Shown: positions 35,201-48,587 of the stretch, piece by piece
Numbering within the stretch: position 1 is the stretch's first letter
Layout of the letters: every line of letters starts with the position of its first letter
Assembly: GCA_907165135.1 (NCBI GenBank)
Contig: OU015569.1
Coordinates: forward strand, 8,866,001-8,930,000
Direction: 5' to 3'
DNA length: 64,000 nt
From: Oikopleura dioica
Lineage: Eukaryota > Animalia > Chordata
Position numbers and translations under genes: made by a program
Notes under the pieces: model-generated
Told to the model about the DNA's origin: nothing
Seen by the model: the letters and a program-made list of their open reading frames with translations, nothing else
The model's database searches: none

Positions 35201-38200
35201 ACTTCTAACGGAATTACAAGTTGGGCCGTATCATAACCCCATCAAAACCCCTTGAGTTCCCGTTCCTTATATCGATTACGTTGAAATAAAGAAATCGATC
35301 TTTCCCGTGTTTCCATTCTTTCCATCATCGAGCTTTTTTTCTATAATTCTCTTTCTCTTTATTGGGCTTTCCCTTGGGCAGAGTTTTTTAACCAATCAGG
35401 CTTGCTTTTCCAAAACGATGACTCTCGACAACTTCAGTTTCACGAATTTGTACTGCATTTTTCAGTAAATCATCTAGTCGGAGTAGTCGGCGAGGATTTA
35501 TTGAAATGCAGTTTAAATTCGTGAAAAACAGATTTTCACTGATAAGGTGCCCGATTTCGGTGAATCATCGAAATCGGGCATTTTATTGATAGTATCGAAG
35601 TACCTCTCTCAGATACGGAATGGAACTATCTGGGGAGTGCATTCGATTTATGAAACCTACTTTCTCTAGTCTACAGTCAAGGCTTGAATCTACATTGAAC
35701 GCAATGAACGCAATTGAAGACCTAACAAAGTTCATTGTGTGTAGCAATTCTGATGAAGCTTGCGATTAGTCTCTCTGATTTGAACGAGTATCGCAAGCGA
35801 AATTTCGTGGTCACCATGACAAGTATGATGGTGGTATTAGCATTTTTTGAGGCAAGCAAAAATAACTTTGATCTTCAGTCCAGCTCATGTGGCCAGCAAA
35901 AAGGGTTGAGCTACCGTGGAAAAGCTGCTCGTCCGAAAGAGATCTTTTTAGAACAACTGGTTTTTTATTAGGTTTGTTATAACTAATCATTCACTTAGAA
36001 AAAGGCATTACCAACTACATTTTTATTTGCTTTGGTAACGGATCGGATCGTCCATTAATACACACACAAATTAAGCTTTCCGATATCTCGTTTTGAAGAA
36101 GTAACGAAGCGAGATCAATTCAAACGGAACAAATGGTTACGGCCGGGAAAGATTCAAGTAAGCCGGATTAGTACTCGCTTTCTGCTAGGAATAAAGCCAA
36201 ACCAACGACCACAAGCAGGCGAGCTTAGAGCCAGATTCAGGAAATCTGTTTTGTTTCGTGTATTTACACACGCGGTCCGTCTGCAACTTATATGAACTTT
36301 TGGTTTCCTCCACGTATAGAGTAAAAATACCCCGTTCAAGTTCATTCTTCAGCTATGTTACAATTCATTACAGGATTTTTAGAACAGCGACATTCATGGC
36401 GCGGTGTTTCGCCATTATTGCAGCTATGAACATGTGTTAGCAATGCTGGAGTTTGTCGAGGCAGGCAATCGACGATAGAAAGTCTCCAGTAAAATTGATC
36501 TAGATTAGTGGCAGCGAGCAAACTTCAAAGTGCGCACGTTCTGAAGTTTTAGTAATTTTAGCGAAAAACCGCTACTGATTGGTATGTTGGGTGGCTGGCG
36601 GCAGGGTTCCAGCGGTGGCCGATGTCGAACGATGTCGAACGTGGCCTAGGATTGCTCATTAGACCGCTTACAACGTCATTAATCTGTTCAATCTCGATCT
36701 TGGGGATAACTTTGACAGGCGATTAGCTTGGCGATTTTCGATGCGCTCGCGAATGCATTTATAGCTGTTTTTGGCTTATCTAAGATTAGACTGAATCTCC
36801 AGCAATGGGCTCTAAGTATTCCGTGCTGGAGGACGCTCTTTGTGGAGTATGGCGCAGTGGGTGATGCATTGAAATTCATGAGCACTTGGTGGACAACTAC
36901 CGAATTACTCGCAGGGACATTCCACGTTTGCACACTTTGTAAAAAAATCGACAGACGAAATCGGAGCTGCACTGCGTTTAGAAACTGCCAAGCAAGCACG
37001 CGTATCCATCCCTGTAGCTCTGAGCCCAGAGATCATCAAAGTTCAAAAGGGACAAAAGTCTTATCGCAAAAGTCAAGCATCCTGTTTATAAGACATGCGA
37101 CGTGAAAAAAGCGCCGTAACTCTAGAAGCAAACGACCGGTAATTGCGAATTCTGATTACGAACGCTCGTGACCTTCGATACAGTAGGCCACCGTTGATAT
37201 GCTCAACGAGTAAGAAACTCGCTTGCGAAAGAACGCAGATTGAAAAGAACGTTACACTAAAATCTGTCACTGATACCTACAAACGCCTTTCTAATCAGAT
37301 CGAAATCTTGTAAAGCTGATTTCATCCTCTAAGCGTCTGTAAGCAATCTGGTGAACACGTGTCGACTCAAGCAAAGATCCCGACGGTAATAGTTGAGCTC
37401 ACCCAACAATTCCTTTCAGGACTATTTCCTTGGCCACGTGTGCTTTCATCCCAAAAATATTTTCGCTTTTCTTTTTTCCAAAATGTACAAAAGCAAGCTC
37501 ATAAATCTATACCGAGCAGAAAGTGTTTGCGATTTGAATAAATAACTCTTACAGCTGCGTAAATTACGTATCCATTACCATATTTCAAAAGTATTTGTTT
37601 TTGCAGATGTCCAAAAGGCATAAATTATGGCTTCCCTTGTCTTTAATAGTTTAACAATAATTGTAAATTAGATAGAGCAGACATATTCTCTTGGAGTCGC
37701 CTTTAAGTCGATGCGCGATGCCCAAGGAAGGTGACGACTAGCCAGACTAAATAGGCCAATTGCGGTTGCAAATGTGACCCTGATGATAAGCGTCTTTCGA
37801 GCGCGTTAATGCAACCCTAAAGCACTGCCTTTGACAGAAGGCTTCGGATTGAGAATGCTGAGTTTTCTTTTCTAAACAAGTTGCTCTGTAAATTTGCAAA
37901 AACATCGCGCTCTTGAGCCTTATACAGTGAGTCGGAGGACCTCGAGAGTGTGAGTCAAGATTTTAGACTTGCTGGTGAAACCTTCCGTCCTGTCTGATTT
38001 GACATGCTCCTTTCAAATAAAACTTAGAAAATTACTGGTTCATACTGAAAACCGTCGTAAGATTTTACAAATACCATCCGCTTGAGTGAAAGTCACAAAG
38101 TTAGGTTCATGAATAAAGTAAAAGGAATCCGATTCCGCGAAGGCTTAACACTCAAACATAGGAATTTGAGGAAATTCAGATTTTTTTCTTATTTAGAAGG

Positions 38201-38594
38201 GTTTTTTGACACGCGTGGATAAATGATTATAGCCCTTTTTACGCTGCTAAAATTCAGGGAAAGTGTCACACCTCACACCGTTGAGACAACCGCGAAATCG
38301 AAAGCTCTTAGACACCACTGTCCGCGAGTCTTCTGATTAGTTTCGCGACGCCCTGAAAGTAGTGATTTAGTTCGCGGAGATGGTAAACCTTGCCTGCGAA
38401 AATATATGCTAAAGGGTCTTTCATGTAGTATCGAGACCATTAGCACGTGTTCTAAAGAAAACACGACTTTTAGACTTTCGAAGTTCTTGAAAAAAGAATA
38501 ATTGAACACGGGAACTCGCCGCGCAAAGCCTTGCTAAGGCAGCGTTTTATTCACGAAATCGGCCGTTTTGTACTCAACGAAACGGAAAGCTCGT

Positions 38595-39560
38595 TTATTG
38601 CAGGTCAATCCAATTGCGGTACCAGGCAACGTCCGTGTATACTCCCGGGTAGTAAGCTCCTTGTCCTTGGTGCGGATGTCCATAACTCCACGAAGTCACT
38701 CCGACAACCTTATTTTTAGCATTACTCTTTAGTCGATTAATTCTAACCATGTCGCCGTATTTGACCGGTCCACCAGAATCGCCGCCGCATGCGTCTTTTC
38801 CTAAATTCAAACATAAATGAGAAGACTTGTGGATCGAGCATCAACCTCCCACTCCATCCACTCCAGCACACATCATCCCTGGTGAGAGTTCTCCGTTGTA
38901 GTGCTGTCTGTCGTTGCATATGGAATAGGCAATTACGTTGATATCAATACAGTGCAGCTCAGTTGCCATTTGCGAAGGGACATCTCCAGAGACTGGGATT
39001 CTAAGCGTTCAAAAATGGGACCGATTCAATAAAACCTGTGTTTCCCCAGCCGCATACGCGTACTGGCGAGTCGTGCGGCACCCAATCTTGAGACATCTGC
39101 CGCGGCAAATACAGTGGCTTTACATAATCAGTCTCTACAAACGGTGAAGACAGCTACAAACTTGAATTTGTTGCGTTAAGTGCGGCAATACCTTGATTAT
39201 AGCGATGTCATTTTCTAGTAAGTATGAATTGTAGTTTGGATGGACTATGAACTGCGTGACAGCTCTTGACTGGCTTCGAGATTCGTAGACATCAATCTTG
39301 TGCGCGCCAGCAACGGCCGTGACACCGTATGCATTGTGGCAGTGTCCCGCAGTTATCGCTGAAAGCAAGATAATTTATTATAATTTCTCTGCGAAGAAAC
39401 CTTTATTCAAGTATCCTGCTAGCGATGCGCCACAAAAATGAGCTCCACTTCGTTGCAGGGAGACTACATATGGCTCCGAGTTTGGCGCAACGATTTCTCC
39501 GCCGACGACGCGAGAACTTATCTGCTTATGGCGAGATGCGAAGGCCAGACTGACGCAGAG
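38595..39560 (-). CDS. Trypsin-family (S1A) serine protease, at least 6 exons; exon 1 not resolved
   Basis: [57 protein letters not shown]. Short GT-AG introns join in phase. Confidence 0.9.
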
Positions 39561-42500
39561 ATTTGCAGAAAACTTGAATGAGAGCTTATGAATGGAAGTA
39601 GGTCATTGTGTCTTATCTGCGTAATGAGACACTGCCCTCAAAGTCTAGATTCATGCCCGATAATCAGAAACACGTTTTGGGGTGCTATTTCTATCTCTAT
39701 TATTGGGCGCACACGAGACGGTGGATGTGGACATAATTTTAATCAGCTCGCCTTATCTATGTTCTTATAGTAAAAACATCAAACCTTCATATTTCTGCCG
39801 ATGCGGAGTGAGATCACCAAATTACACAACTACAAATGCCAAAGATAAAGAGAAGCACGTGTGCGATTCTCAGACAGGAGCAAATGATTCCGAATCCGAC
39901 GAAACAGCCAAATTGGATTCAAAGCAGGAGAATTTAAGCAGCTTTGAACTCGGAAATATGAGCTTGAAGTTGCGTGAAACTGGCCAATTTCTCGGCTACG
40001 TTGCCGAATCGCCTTTAGAAGGTCGCTGCCGGAAGTTCCTCTTCGTTCACAGAGTCACTGGCCGCAGTTTTAGGTTCATCCCGCTTCCGCAACTATTTAG
40101 AACATGTTCGGCACGGTATTTACCAAGGTTATACAGAAGTGATGCAATCGCTGTAAGCAGAATGCCGAGCGTAACTTTAGATATGCATTTTCAAGAACGA
40201 TGTGTTCATCCGATAATCGCCCGTCAATTGCACCTTCCTAGCGATATTCTCCGAATGCCGCTACCAAAAATATAAATCTTGCCGTTTTTCAAAAACGGCC
40301 AAAACGTGACTTCACTGATCGCCTTCTATTACGCTCCTTGTATTTACCACCATTAATGGCAATTCTTTTCTATTTTGGGAAATGGTAAGAACGCGTGTTA
40401 ATTTGCTTTCGAATTATTTATTGCGCAAAATTATAACTTTTTGGCGGTCAGTCGTTTTAAAAAGAAAGCTAATCAGTTGAACCACATGTGATACTTTCTG
40501 TGAGCGGCGCAAGGTTATGCGTTGAATTGGCAGGGAGACAGAAAGGATTCACTGCTGGTCTTCTTGGATTATGAAGTTTTCGCGTTACCACTCGAAAAGT
40601 GGTATGAACCGCGGGGCTGCACCTGTCTCTGATCGTGTTACTTAAAGTAACAAGAGAAATTCTCTATAACCGAACTTGGGTCTTGCCCCAGCCCCATTTC
40701 ACCGCTAATTAACAGCGAGACGATTAGGCTGGTACGGGACTCATTAATGCACGCTTACGAGGAGTTTTTTGAGCCCGCTTTACGTAATCACATCAACTTA
40801 GCTTTTCAATTTTAGCTTTGGTTAACCTTTGCAGTTTTCGAAAGCTCCTACAGTTACTAGTGATGACGGTGTGGTTTGGAATCCAGTCCACAAGTCTAGT
40901 AGCATATAGGACCGACTGGTGCTTACGTTACTACACTAAGTCGTTCTCTGGCCACGGAGATCTCGAACTTGCAAGTTGAATATCTAATTCTTCTTTTTTT
41001 TCAAGGTAGACTTTAATTTGGCAATCCTGACATTTTTCAATGTAGCATTGATTACGCTGTTTACGCTGCAATTTTCTTGTTTTATTTCCCTAACTTAGCG
41101 AGGTGATGAAGTCAGTTCTTCTGGATAAGCTCCTTTCTGGTGGAGCGGCGGCAAATTTCACAATCGCTCTAGGAATAACATCGTCGACCAAGCTTGCCGA
41201 AAATTGCTTTTCTTGCGCTTCAACTTCAAGCCGAAAAATCAGAAATTTCGAAACTCAGGATCAAGCTTTATCAACGTAGAGAGCGAACAGCGTCTATTCC
41301 CACTGAAGATATCCTTTGCTAAGTTTCTGTTTACATACTCAGGACTACTAACTACTCAATATTGTTCTACAACTCATTGCCAGAAATATGCACGAGAAAC
41401 TCAACAAATCGTGTTTTGAGGTAAACAGCATCCAAGGACAGATGCTTGCCTTCCAGTATTTTATGTTTTAGGTGCTGGCAAATAATTTGTATCTTTTTCT
41501 TCTGCTTTTCGCTAACGGAATTATCGGAGCTGTTTCTAAACATGATGCTTGTTTATTGTTAAAATAGAACAGAAGGAACTTTTGCCCACGTGTAAAATCG
41601 TCATTTTTCGCATTATACGGTTACCTGTAAAATGGCGTTAGTTTGCCCGGTGAGCACTTTTTCAAATCGGAGATTCCCATATCAAGCGAATTTTGGAGGC
41701 AAATGATTTGGAAATAAATCCCGTCTCCCCAGCAATATTTTGGCCCAAATAAATAGCGCTAATGTTAAGTATCTGTTTTGTTATTCCGAGAAACATGCTT
41801 GGCATATTCTAATGCACATAATACGGAGAGTCAATCAAAAATACATCTTGAAAAGCTTAGATTTTATTAACATCGAAAATTTGCGACATTGATCGGTTTT
41901 GGTAATGAATTTAAACTCTTCTCTTTTGTATTGTTGTCAAGAATTTATGGATGAAAATGGACCAATTATTAAAACAAGTATCTAAATCTTATCGAGCAGG
42001 TGTTTCATTTAATTACATTTTGTTTAAATAGAAACCAGGGCAAGCGAATTTGAGCCCGAAATTTGCAGATTTCGATAAATTTTATCAGTGCAAACTTTGA
42101 GCTACATAATTCTAATGGAGTAAGATAAGATTTAATTGGACAGGAGTTCATTCAATTTGCGAACGCGGAATGCTAATGCATGAGCGATAGTGACAGAGCT
42201 GGGAATGGATGGCTCTGGTTAATTTCACCATCAGTACGTTTTTATCAGCCCGTCAGCGGAACTTGTGCGGCCAGTAGATGACGAGCGTGCTCATCCCAAC
42301 CAGGCACACTGGCAAAATCTCTCCCAGGAAAGAGCGACTTCTAAACAAGGAGCACTTGTGATAAGCACGACAACTACGACAGCCTTACGTCTATCGCCTT
42401 CTACGTCTCCATCTGCTCCGCCTGTCACCGACACATGCTTATTCTGAACGGAATCAAAGCTCGGAAATTCTCTTCTTATTTCCTTCTAATTAATCAAGAA

Positions 42501-42598
42501 ATAGAACTTCTCTGCATTTTAAGCTTCCGTTCACGGCATTCAGAATACAACCATTAATCTTGATTCGTCATTAAAGTTTATTACTATTTTGGGTGAAT

Positions 42599-43110
42599 TC
42601 AAATACTCTCTCTGTAGATGCCCAGCACGAGGGAGATGAATCTAATGTCTTTTGAAGTAGTTGTTTTGACTCGTAATTCACGAAAGCCCTGTCGTTTTTC
42701 GTTCTTATCAAGTCTATTAAAGCGTTCAAGAGAGGGTTCGAGGGTTACTGGTTTGGAGCAAACGCCTCTCCTGACTATCCATTTCTGTCGCAGTGACGAG
42801 ATTTTAACGAAGCGCTTATCTCGCGGAAGCCAAAAGAGATAGCCCGACGGATTATAGTCGCTGACCTGAACATGTTAATATATTTTCATTTCCGCAGCTG
42901 TACTTTGACGATGTTGGCGATGACTTGCGACTCGCTGCCATTGGCGTTCACCGCGTTTTCAGCTTTCACCTATTTTAAATAACCACTATAATTATTAGCA
43001 GAGCTTTCACCTCTAAAACAGACACAAGGGCTGCATCAATAAAATTATCAAATTTCCAGACAAAGGTCTCCCCTTCACGCGAAAACGAAGGTAGAGTTGA
43101 ATCAAGAATT
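42599..43110 (-). CDS. Three phase-consistent internal exons of an unidentified, possibly extracellular beta-sandwich or receptor-like gene
   Basis: RILDSTLPSF...VSVLE | VKAENAVNANGSESQVIANIVK | VSDYNPSGYLFWLPRDK...GVCSKP, joined by phase-0 GT-AG introns of 41 and 38 nt. Confidence 0.5.
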
Positions 43111-45672
43111 CGGGTTTAAAATTCAACTGACGACTATTTATCAAAATACTCTTTTGAACCCTTGCCGACGTGTAGACAGAACTTCTCTTCTATCGTAGAA
43201 AAGAGTGACATTTTTCTTCACTGAGACTGAAGTCCCCCGTCTTTGTCCTCGTAAGCTTTAATTGCGAACGATAAAAACCAATTAAGATTCCGCTTGGCAA
43301 AGTTGGGATAAGCATGACGGTCGTCAGTGTTTTGCCAAATGAAAAATATTGAGTCAGTTCATGGAGCGTTGAGTCCGCGGCAGCGAAGGTTTAGAACAAA
43401 TATTTTCTAATCGAGGCCATTCCAGGACCTCTTTACGTGGAAGGCTTTCAACGATCACGAGGCAGAAAATATAAAAAAGGTATAATTGTTTATTCAATGT
43501 GATAACACGACCGGGTTAAGGCTAAGCCTTCACTAAGGGCCGCTAAGATTCAGGGTAAAAAAGATTGAAAAGTAGAACAGATTGGTTGAGCGTAAAATTA
43601 AACGAGCAAGTGTAAGAGGGTGTGATCCGGAATTACCATCGTCCATGGTCACCCGCTATTTCACTCTACGAAACAAAGTCACGTGTGGATAAACTAAGTG
43701 AGGAACAGGAACAAGAGCGATCCGTAAACAAGAAAAGAGGGAATAGAATGCGTGATGAAGAAATGTTTAGAAAGGCGAAGCAGCGTGTTTTGAAAATCAG
43801 CATATTAATCCTCGATGCTGCTAGGCGCATATTTAAGACATTCGGTTGCCAAAACAGACAAAGTGTTGAAGCCTAAAGAAAGCCGCTTTATTGTAGAAAC
43901 TAGGCACGAAGGATCTAGGCCCATCCTTTATACGCAATGAATAAGGTGCTCTTCTAAAATTTAAAGCCTCATAAAGGTCATTCAAACGCTTTTATTGAGA
44001 GCTTGAAAAAATCAACAAACTTTAATTGGTAATATCATGTTTTCTCTGCTTATCAAGAATAATCCAGCCAAATGTTGAGTGAGAAAACAGTGCCGCATTG
44101 TTCGTAGTTGTAGCACTAGCTGTTCTAACGTTCTAACGCACTTGTAAGCACTCTCGGTACAAACAGAGCTTGCCAGAATTGAACTCTCATTCTGGTATTT
44201 ACAAAGCTTGATAGTCGATAAGGAACAAGTCAAGAGTAGATTCGGAACGGCAAAAAATGCTCCTTATAATTTGTAGGGACTATTCGCAGTTTCAAGTTCT
44301 AATCTCTAAAAAATTACTGCTTTAAAAATGAATAAAATGGTCATTTTAGAAGTACTTCTCCATCGAAACTAACTGCGTTAAGATTGGAAGGTATAAATTA
44401 AAATAATTTGTACGAATTTCCGAGAAATCGATTTTCCAATTTTGTTGGATTCGGTCGGACAATCTTCTGACAAACCACACCTCTGGAGGCTCTCCAGCCG
44501 CTCATAAGCAAAAGTGGGCTCGCGTTGCTCAACCGGACCGCGGTCGCATATTTGAGCCGGCGGAGGCGCCAACGAGCATCTCAGAGTGCTCACGAATGGC
44601 GGTCGCGAGCAATCCTAGATACACTGCGAGGAGACGCTTTTTTCACAAATCCTAGCAACCGTTTCACACCGTATCAACGGCAGATTTGATTTTTTTCTCT
44701 GAGAAAAATAATAACGAAGACAAGAAATTATGAAATCTAAGGTTTGATATGTCAAGTAAAGCGAGAGAACGATCAAGAAATTTTCGATGATAATTTCGAA
44801 ATAATATTTCGAAATTGTAATTCTGGGTGATCGGGGCGGGTGCTCCACGACCTCGGAGTGATTAAAGAAAGCGACGCAGGCCAAATGGCTTCATGAGGTA
44901 GAGAACGCGAACCTCGAATTGATTAAGCCTGGCTTGCGAACGCTTCCTTCAACCATTAGTTTCAATCAGGGCTAATGTCACCTGTCGTTCGGCGCACCAC
45001 CGCCGATTAAATTTCCCTTCACCGCAAGACAGAGAGCGAGTTGATTTTCGAAAAGAATTTGAGGCTTTCACTTGTCAGCTCGTCTGAGTTCCAAAGCTTT
45101 TATCACTCGTTCACGGTGCGACAATAATGTTATACTGTGAAAGAAGCGCCACACTTTTCCTCAGTTTACCTGCTTCGGAATTTTTACTTACATTTTTTCC
45201 AAAAAATAAAAATTGACCTAGAGCATAAACAACCACGTAACTATGATGTTAAGATAGCGTAAACCTTCTGAATGGAGCCATTTAAACCTAGTAGCCACAA
45301 TAATTAAAATATTTAGCCGATACTAAATCAAACGGGGCGCCTTCTCGGAGGCACTCAAGGACTCAGTAACTTGCTCTTTTCTATCCACAAACAGGGATGA
45401 ATCAGATATTTATAGTGCAAACAGATGATCTAAAAACGCGAATCCAAGTTACTTTTTCATAACGTTCTTGCTTATTTTGGGCATAAAATACTCTATAAAG
45501 TGCGATTATGGGTTCATAATATTGAATAAGAATCTTACCGTATTTTAAGGATAAACGATCACGTCGACGACAACGAGAGAGTGACGCTTTCTCGCACTCC
45601 TCAGATGGCTCACTAGCAAGTGGTCAGAGTCGCCAAAGTTGCAAAGCACCTAGACTCGACAATGCAGATCTG

Positions 45673-45933
45673 ATGGACAACAACCTGATCGACGCGGAAG
45701 TGTGTGATCGCTCTGAGTTTCTAAATCTGTGGCTGGAGCAGTTGGAGGAAACTTCGCGAACGCTGCCTCATGAAAAACTGCTTCAGCGCGTCGTCGAGCT
45801 TGAGACCGAGCTAGTCGACACTCAGGAGAAGCTCAAACGCGCTACAACCCGCCTTGAAACGCAAAAATCATCGTCATCACATGGACGCGCTCGCGCAAGA
45901 CCCTACTACGTCCCCTTTGACATCCAAATGTAA
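45673..45933 (+). CDS. Small single-exon coiled-coil protein (86 aa)
   Basis: ATG-initiated ORF with a heptad segment LLQRVVELETELVDTQEKLKR, coding-like composition and an AT-rich 3' flank. Confidence 0.55.
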   Translation: MDNNLIDAEVCDRSEFLNLWLEQLEETSRTLPHEKLLQRVVELETELVDTQEKLKRATTRLETQKSSSSHGRARARPYYVPFDIQM

Positions 45934-46379
45934 ATCTCCCCTATCACCATTAAAGACCTCTCGAGACGCGAATATATTTCAACTGTTAATAATCACCCTT
46001 TTTCTATTGGAATATACAGCGCTCGTTAGTGTGACGTTTTGGCGAAACTTTATATTTTCGTATCCGTATGATCGTGTAAAATTCTGTCTTCTAGTGAAAG
46101 ATATAATGTACAATTCCGGTGTAAATTGGTCAATCGAGTATCGAGTACTCTTAGTACCATTATTTTTAAATAAATAACTCTTTGATTAAAATTGTCTGCT
46201 TTGTTCCGATGTTTTATGCATACGCTCAATAGCAAGCATCCATTGAAAATGTAGATAAAGACTTTCTGCAGCTGGTAAAATGAAACTATCCAGCTGAGAT
46301 ACGAACGATGTTTTTTTTTTGTCAGGCATTTATTTGAACCGTTGCCAGAAATAATTTAGCTAAAGCGCAGAACAAGGAT

Positions 46380-47378
46380 TTACTCGACAGTGCTGAAGTA
46401 ATCTTGGGCCTTGGCAGGGTTGATAGTCTTCTTGCCAGGTTTCCAGTTAGCAGGGCAAACTTCACCGTGCTCTTCGACGAATTGGAAAGCCTGGAGTACT
46501 CGGAGGGCCTCTTCGGGAGATCGGCCAACAGGGAGGTCATTGACAGTAGAGTGTCGGAGGATACCGTTGGGGTCAATCAAGAAGAGACCTCGAGTGGCGA
46601 TTCCACCGGCAGCGTCTGAAAAAACATTGAACCGAAATCGAAAACTTCTCCAATTTTGACTAACGAGGGTTAATTTACTCATTCAAATTGTTGAATTAGA
46701 AATTGCTACGTGTTTCTGAATAAGCGCCGCAGTGAAAATAAGAATATTTCTAGCGTAGACTGTTCAGAAAAAGAAAGGAAAAGTTGATTGCCTAGATTCA
46801 GTGACCTTCTCGAGAGGTGAGGCAAGTTGGACGAAAGGCCTCTTCATTGCGAAAAGGTCATTTGATTCACGCAATTTTGGACGAGAGCATAACTTACCGA
46901 TAAGGACACCGTAATCTTCAGCGATCTGCTTCGAAAAGTCGGCGAGAATGGGGTACTCAACGCCTCCAAGGCCACCCTGATTACGGGGCATATTGTTCCA
47001 GGCAAGATGAGAGAAATGCGAGTCAACGGAGCAAGCAATCACTTGGCAGTTGTTGGCGGCAAACTCGGAGACCATGTCGGAGAAAGCGATCAATTCGGTT
47101 GGACAGACAAAGGTGAAATCCAAAGGGTAGAAGAAGAATAGAACCCACTTGCCCTAAAAAAAGATAGAAAATGCAACTAGAATATCAGAGTACCTCGGAA
47201 GTGTACTGCTCAAGGCTAATTTCTTGGAACGCGCCATTGACGACGGCCTGACCGGAGAAGGCAGGTGCCGGCTGAGTGACTTTCGCTGAATATAACCAGC
47301 GTCAACGATAGGTTTTGATTTGTGAACCTTACCAGAGGCAGCCCGTCGGGCGAGGTGACGGCCGATCTGACGGAACAT
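46380..47378 (-). CDS. PRDX3: Typical 2-Cys peroxiredoxin with a mitochondrial presequence, 4 exons
   Basis: [13 protein letters not shown] (peroxidatic Cys), [28 protein letters not shown] (resolving Cys). Arg-rich presequence [15 protein letters not shown]. Confidence 0.93.
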
Positions 47379-47382
47379 TTTT

Positions 47383-47397
47383 CTAAAAACAAACAAA
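47383..47397 (-). promoter_or_regulatory. Unpaired 3' splice acceptor 4 nt before the PRDX3 ATG (putative SL trans-splice site)
   Basis: TTTGTTTGTTTTTAG|AAAAATG. Confidence 0.5.
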
Positions 47398-47760
47398 ATC
47401 TTTGATATGTTTTGATTCAGGTCACTGTATTGAATTTTCGGGAAGGTAATTGAAAGGCTTTTTGGTACTGTTTTAGCTGATTTGAGAAGTTGAAGATTGA
47501 GGAACAGGGCAAGAAAACATGCGTAGGTCTTTTCTGAGCGAATTTTATTTGAAGAATGGATTTGCTGGGAATCGGCTTATCACTTTTGATCAGTTGGATT
47601 GAAGCGTTGCGTGAGCGCGCCGTTGACTCTTATGTACATGCACTTGAGTTTCTGGCAGTAACTTGGTTGGTAAGAACTCGTAAAAGCACTCGAAGACTGA
47701 AAATATTTAAAACTTTGCAGGCAGGGGCTTCACTTACTGTAGCTTCGTAAGTCGGCTCCT

Positions 47761-48235
47761 TCACGACGCCTGTTTTTGTTGCTTTGACGAAGTTGACGTA
47801 CTGAAAGAAATTCTTAGAAAAAAATTACGAAGACTGGGCTGGACTGACAGTAGATAGAATATTTGGTATCATCTGAGAATTCGTCACGTTAGCGAGTATG
47901 AAATTCTCAAGAGCTTACCCTTGGGGTGCCAGCCCGGACAGCTGGCTGCGGCTTGCCTGATTGCTGTGGTTGCTTGGGACGCGACCACGTATATTCACTC
48001 TGGTCGAAAGGCGAATTACCACGACTGAAATATTGAAATGAAAAACTCTCTCCGCTTTTGCTCTCTCAGACCTGTCGAATGGATTTATTTCTAGTGAGTT
48101 TCTTTCTTCGCCGACTGTTCTACGAGAATTGCAATAGGCCTCGATCTCTTCGAGAGAGATCGGGGAAGATTCACTCTCTTTGTCGAGATCGTTGAAATAT
48201 TCACGCTTTGGGACATTTCTATTTTTCGACGTCAT
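47761..48235 (-). CDS. Small orphan protein, partial paralogue of the upstream adaptor-like gene
   Basis: ATG 2 nt after an acceptor. GT-AG introns in phase. Shares the I(E/K)A(Y/W)CNSR motif with 48588..49803. Confidence 0.5.
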
Positions 48236-48587
48236 TTCTTAAATAATTGAAAATTTATTTCGGACGAATTGAATTTAAATAATGTTAAGTCAAAGTTGAC
48301 GCCCTATCGGGCGCCTGGAACAGGAAAGAGATGAATAAATACTACAGAAAATAGAAAAAGGGTTTAAGGCACAATGAAAAAGGAAGATTTCAATATAAGA
48401 TTCGAATAGAAGGATAGTCCAGATGTACACCGATTCGGCAAGTTATTTCTATCAAAGTAGAATCAGCAGTAAATCAGTTGAAGGGATAGGATTAGAATCG
48501 TTTGCGGAATATAGTAACAAAGGTCTCATTTAAGGCAAAGAAATATTTTCTAAAGCACTTTTTCGAACTAAAATAAATTCGTAATGG

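Noticed and set aside
35548-35580. 12-bp perfect hairpin TGCCCGATTTCG/CGAAATCGGGCA resembling an intrinsic terminator
   Set aside because: Eukaryotic context, no associated gene, and too short to assign.
39682-40275. 197-aa plus-strand ORF
   Set aside because: Non-ATG start, no recognisable domain or splice support, and it overlaps the probable 5' region of the minus-strand trypsin.
47700-47803. Alternative frame YVNFVK...TYEA suggesting more Tyr motifs in the short paralogue
   Set aside because: Out of phase with the available GT donors; the in-phase reading ends at 47761.
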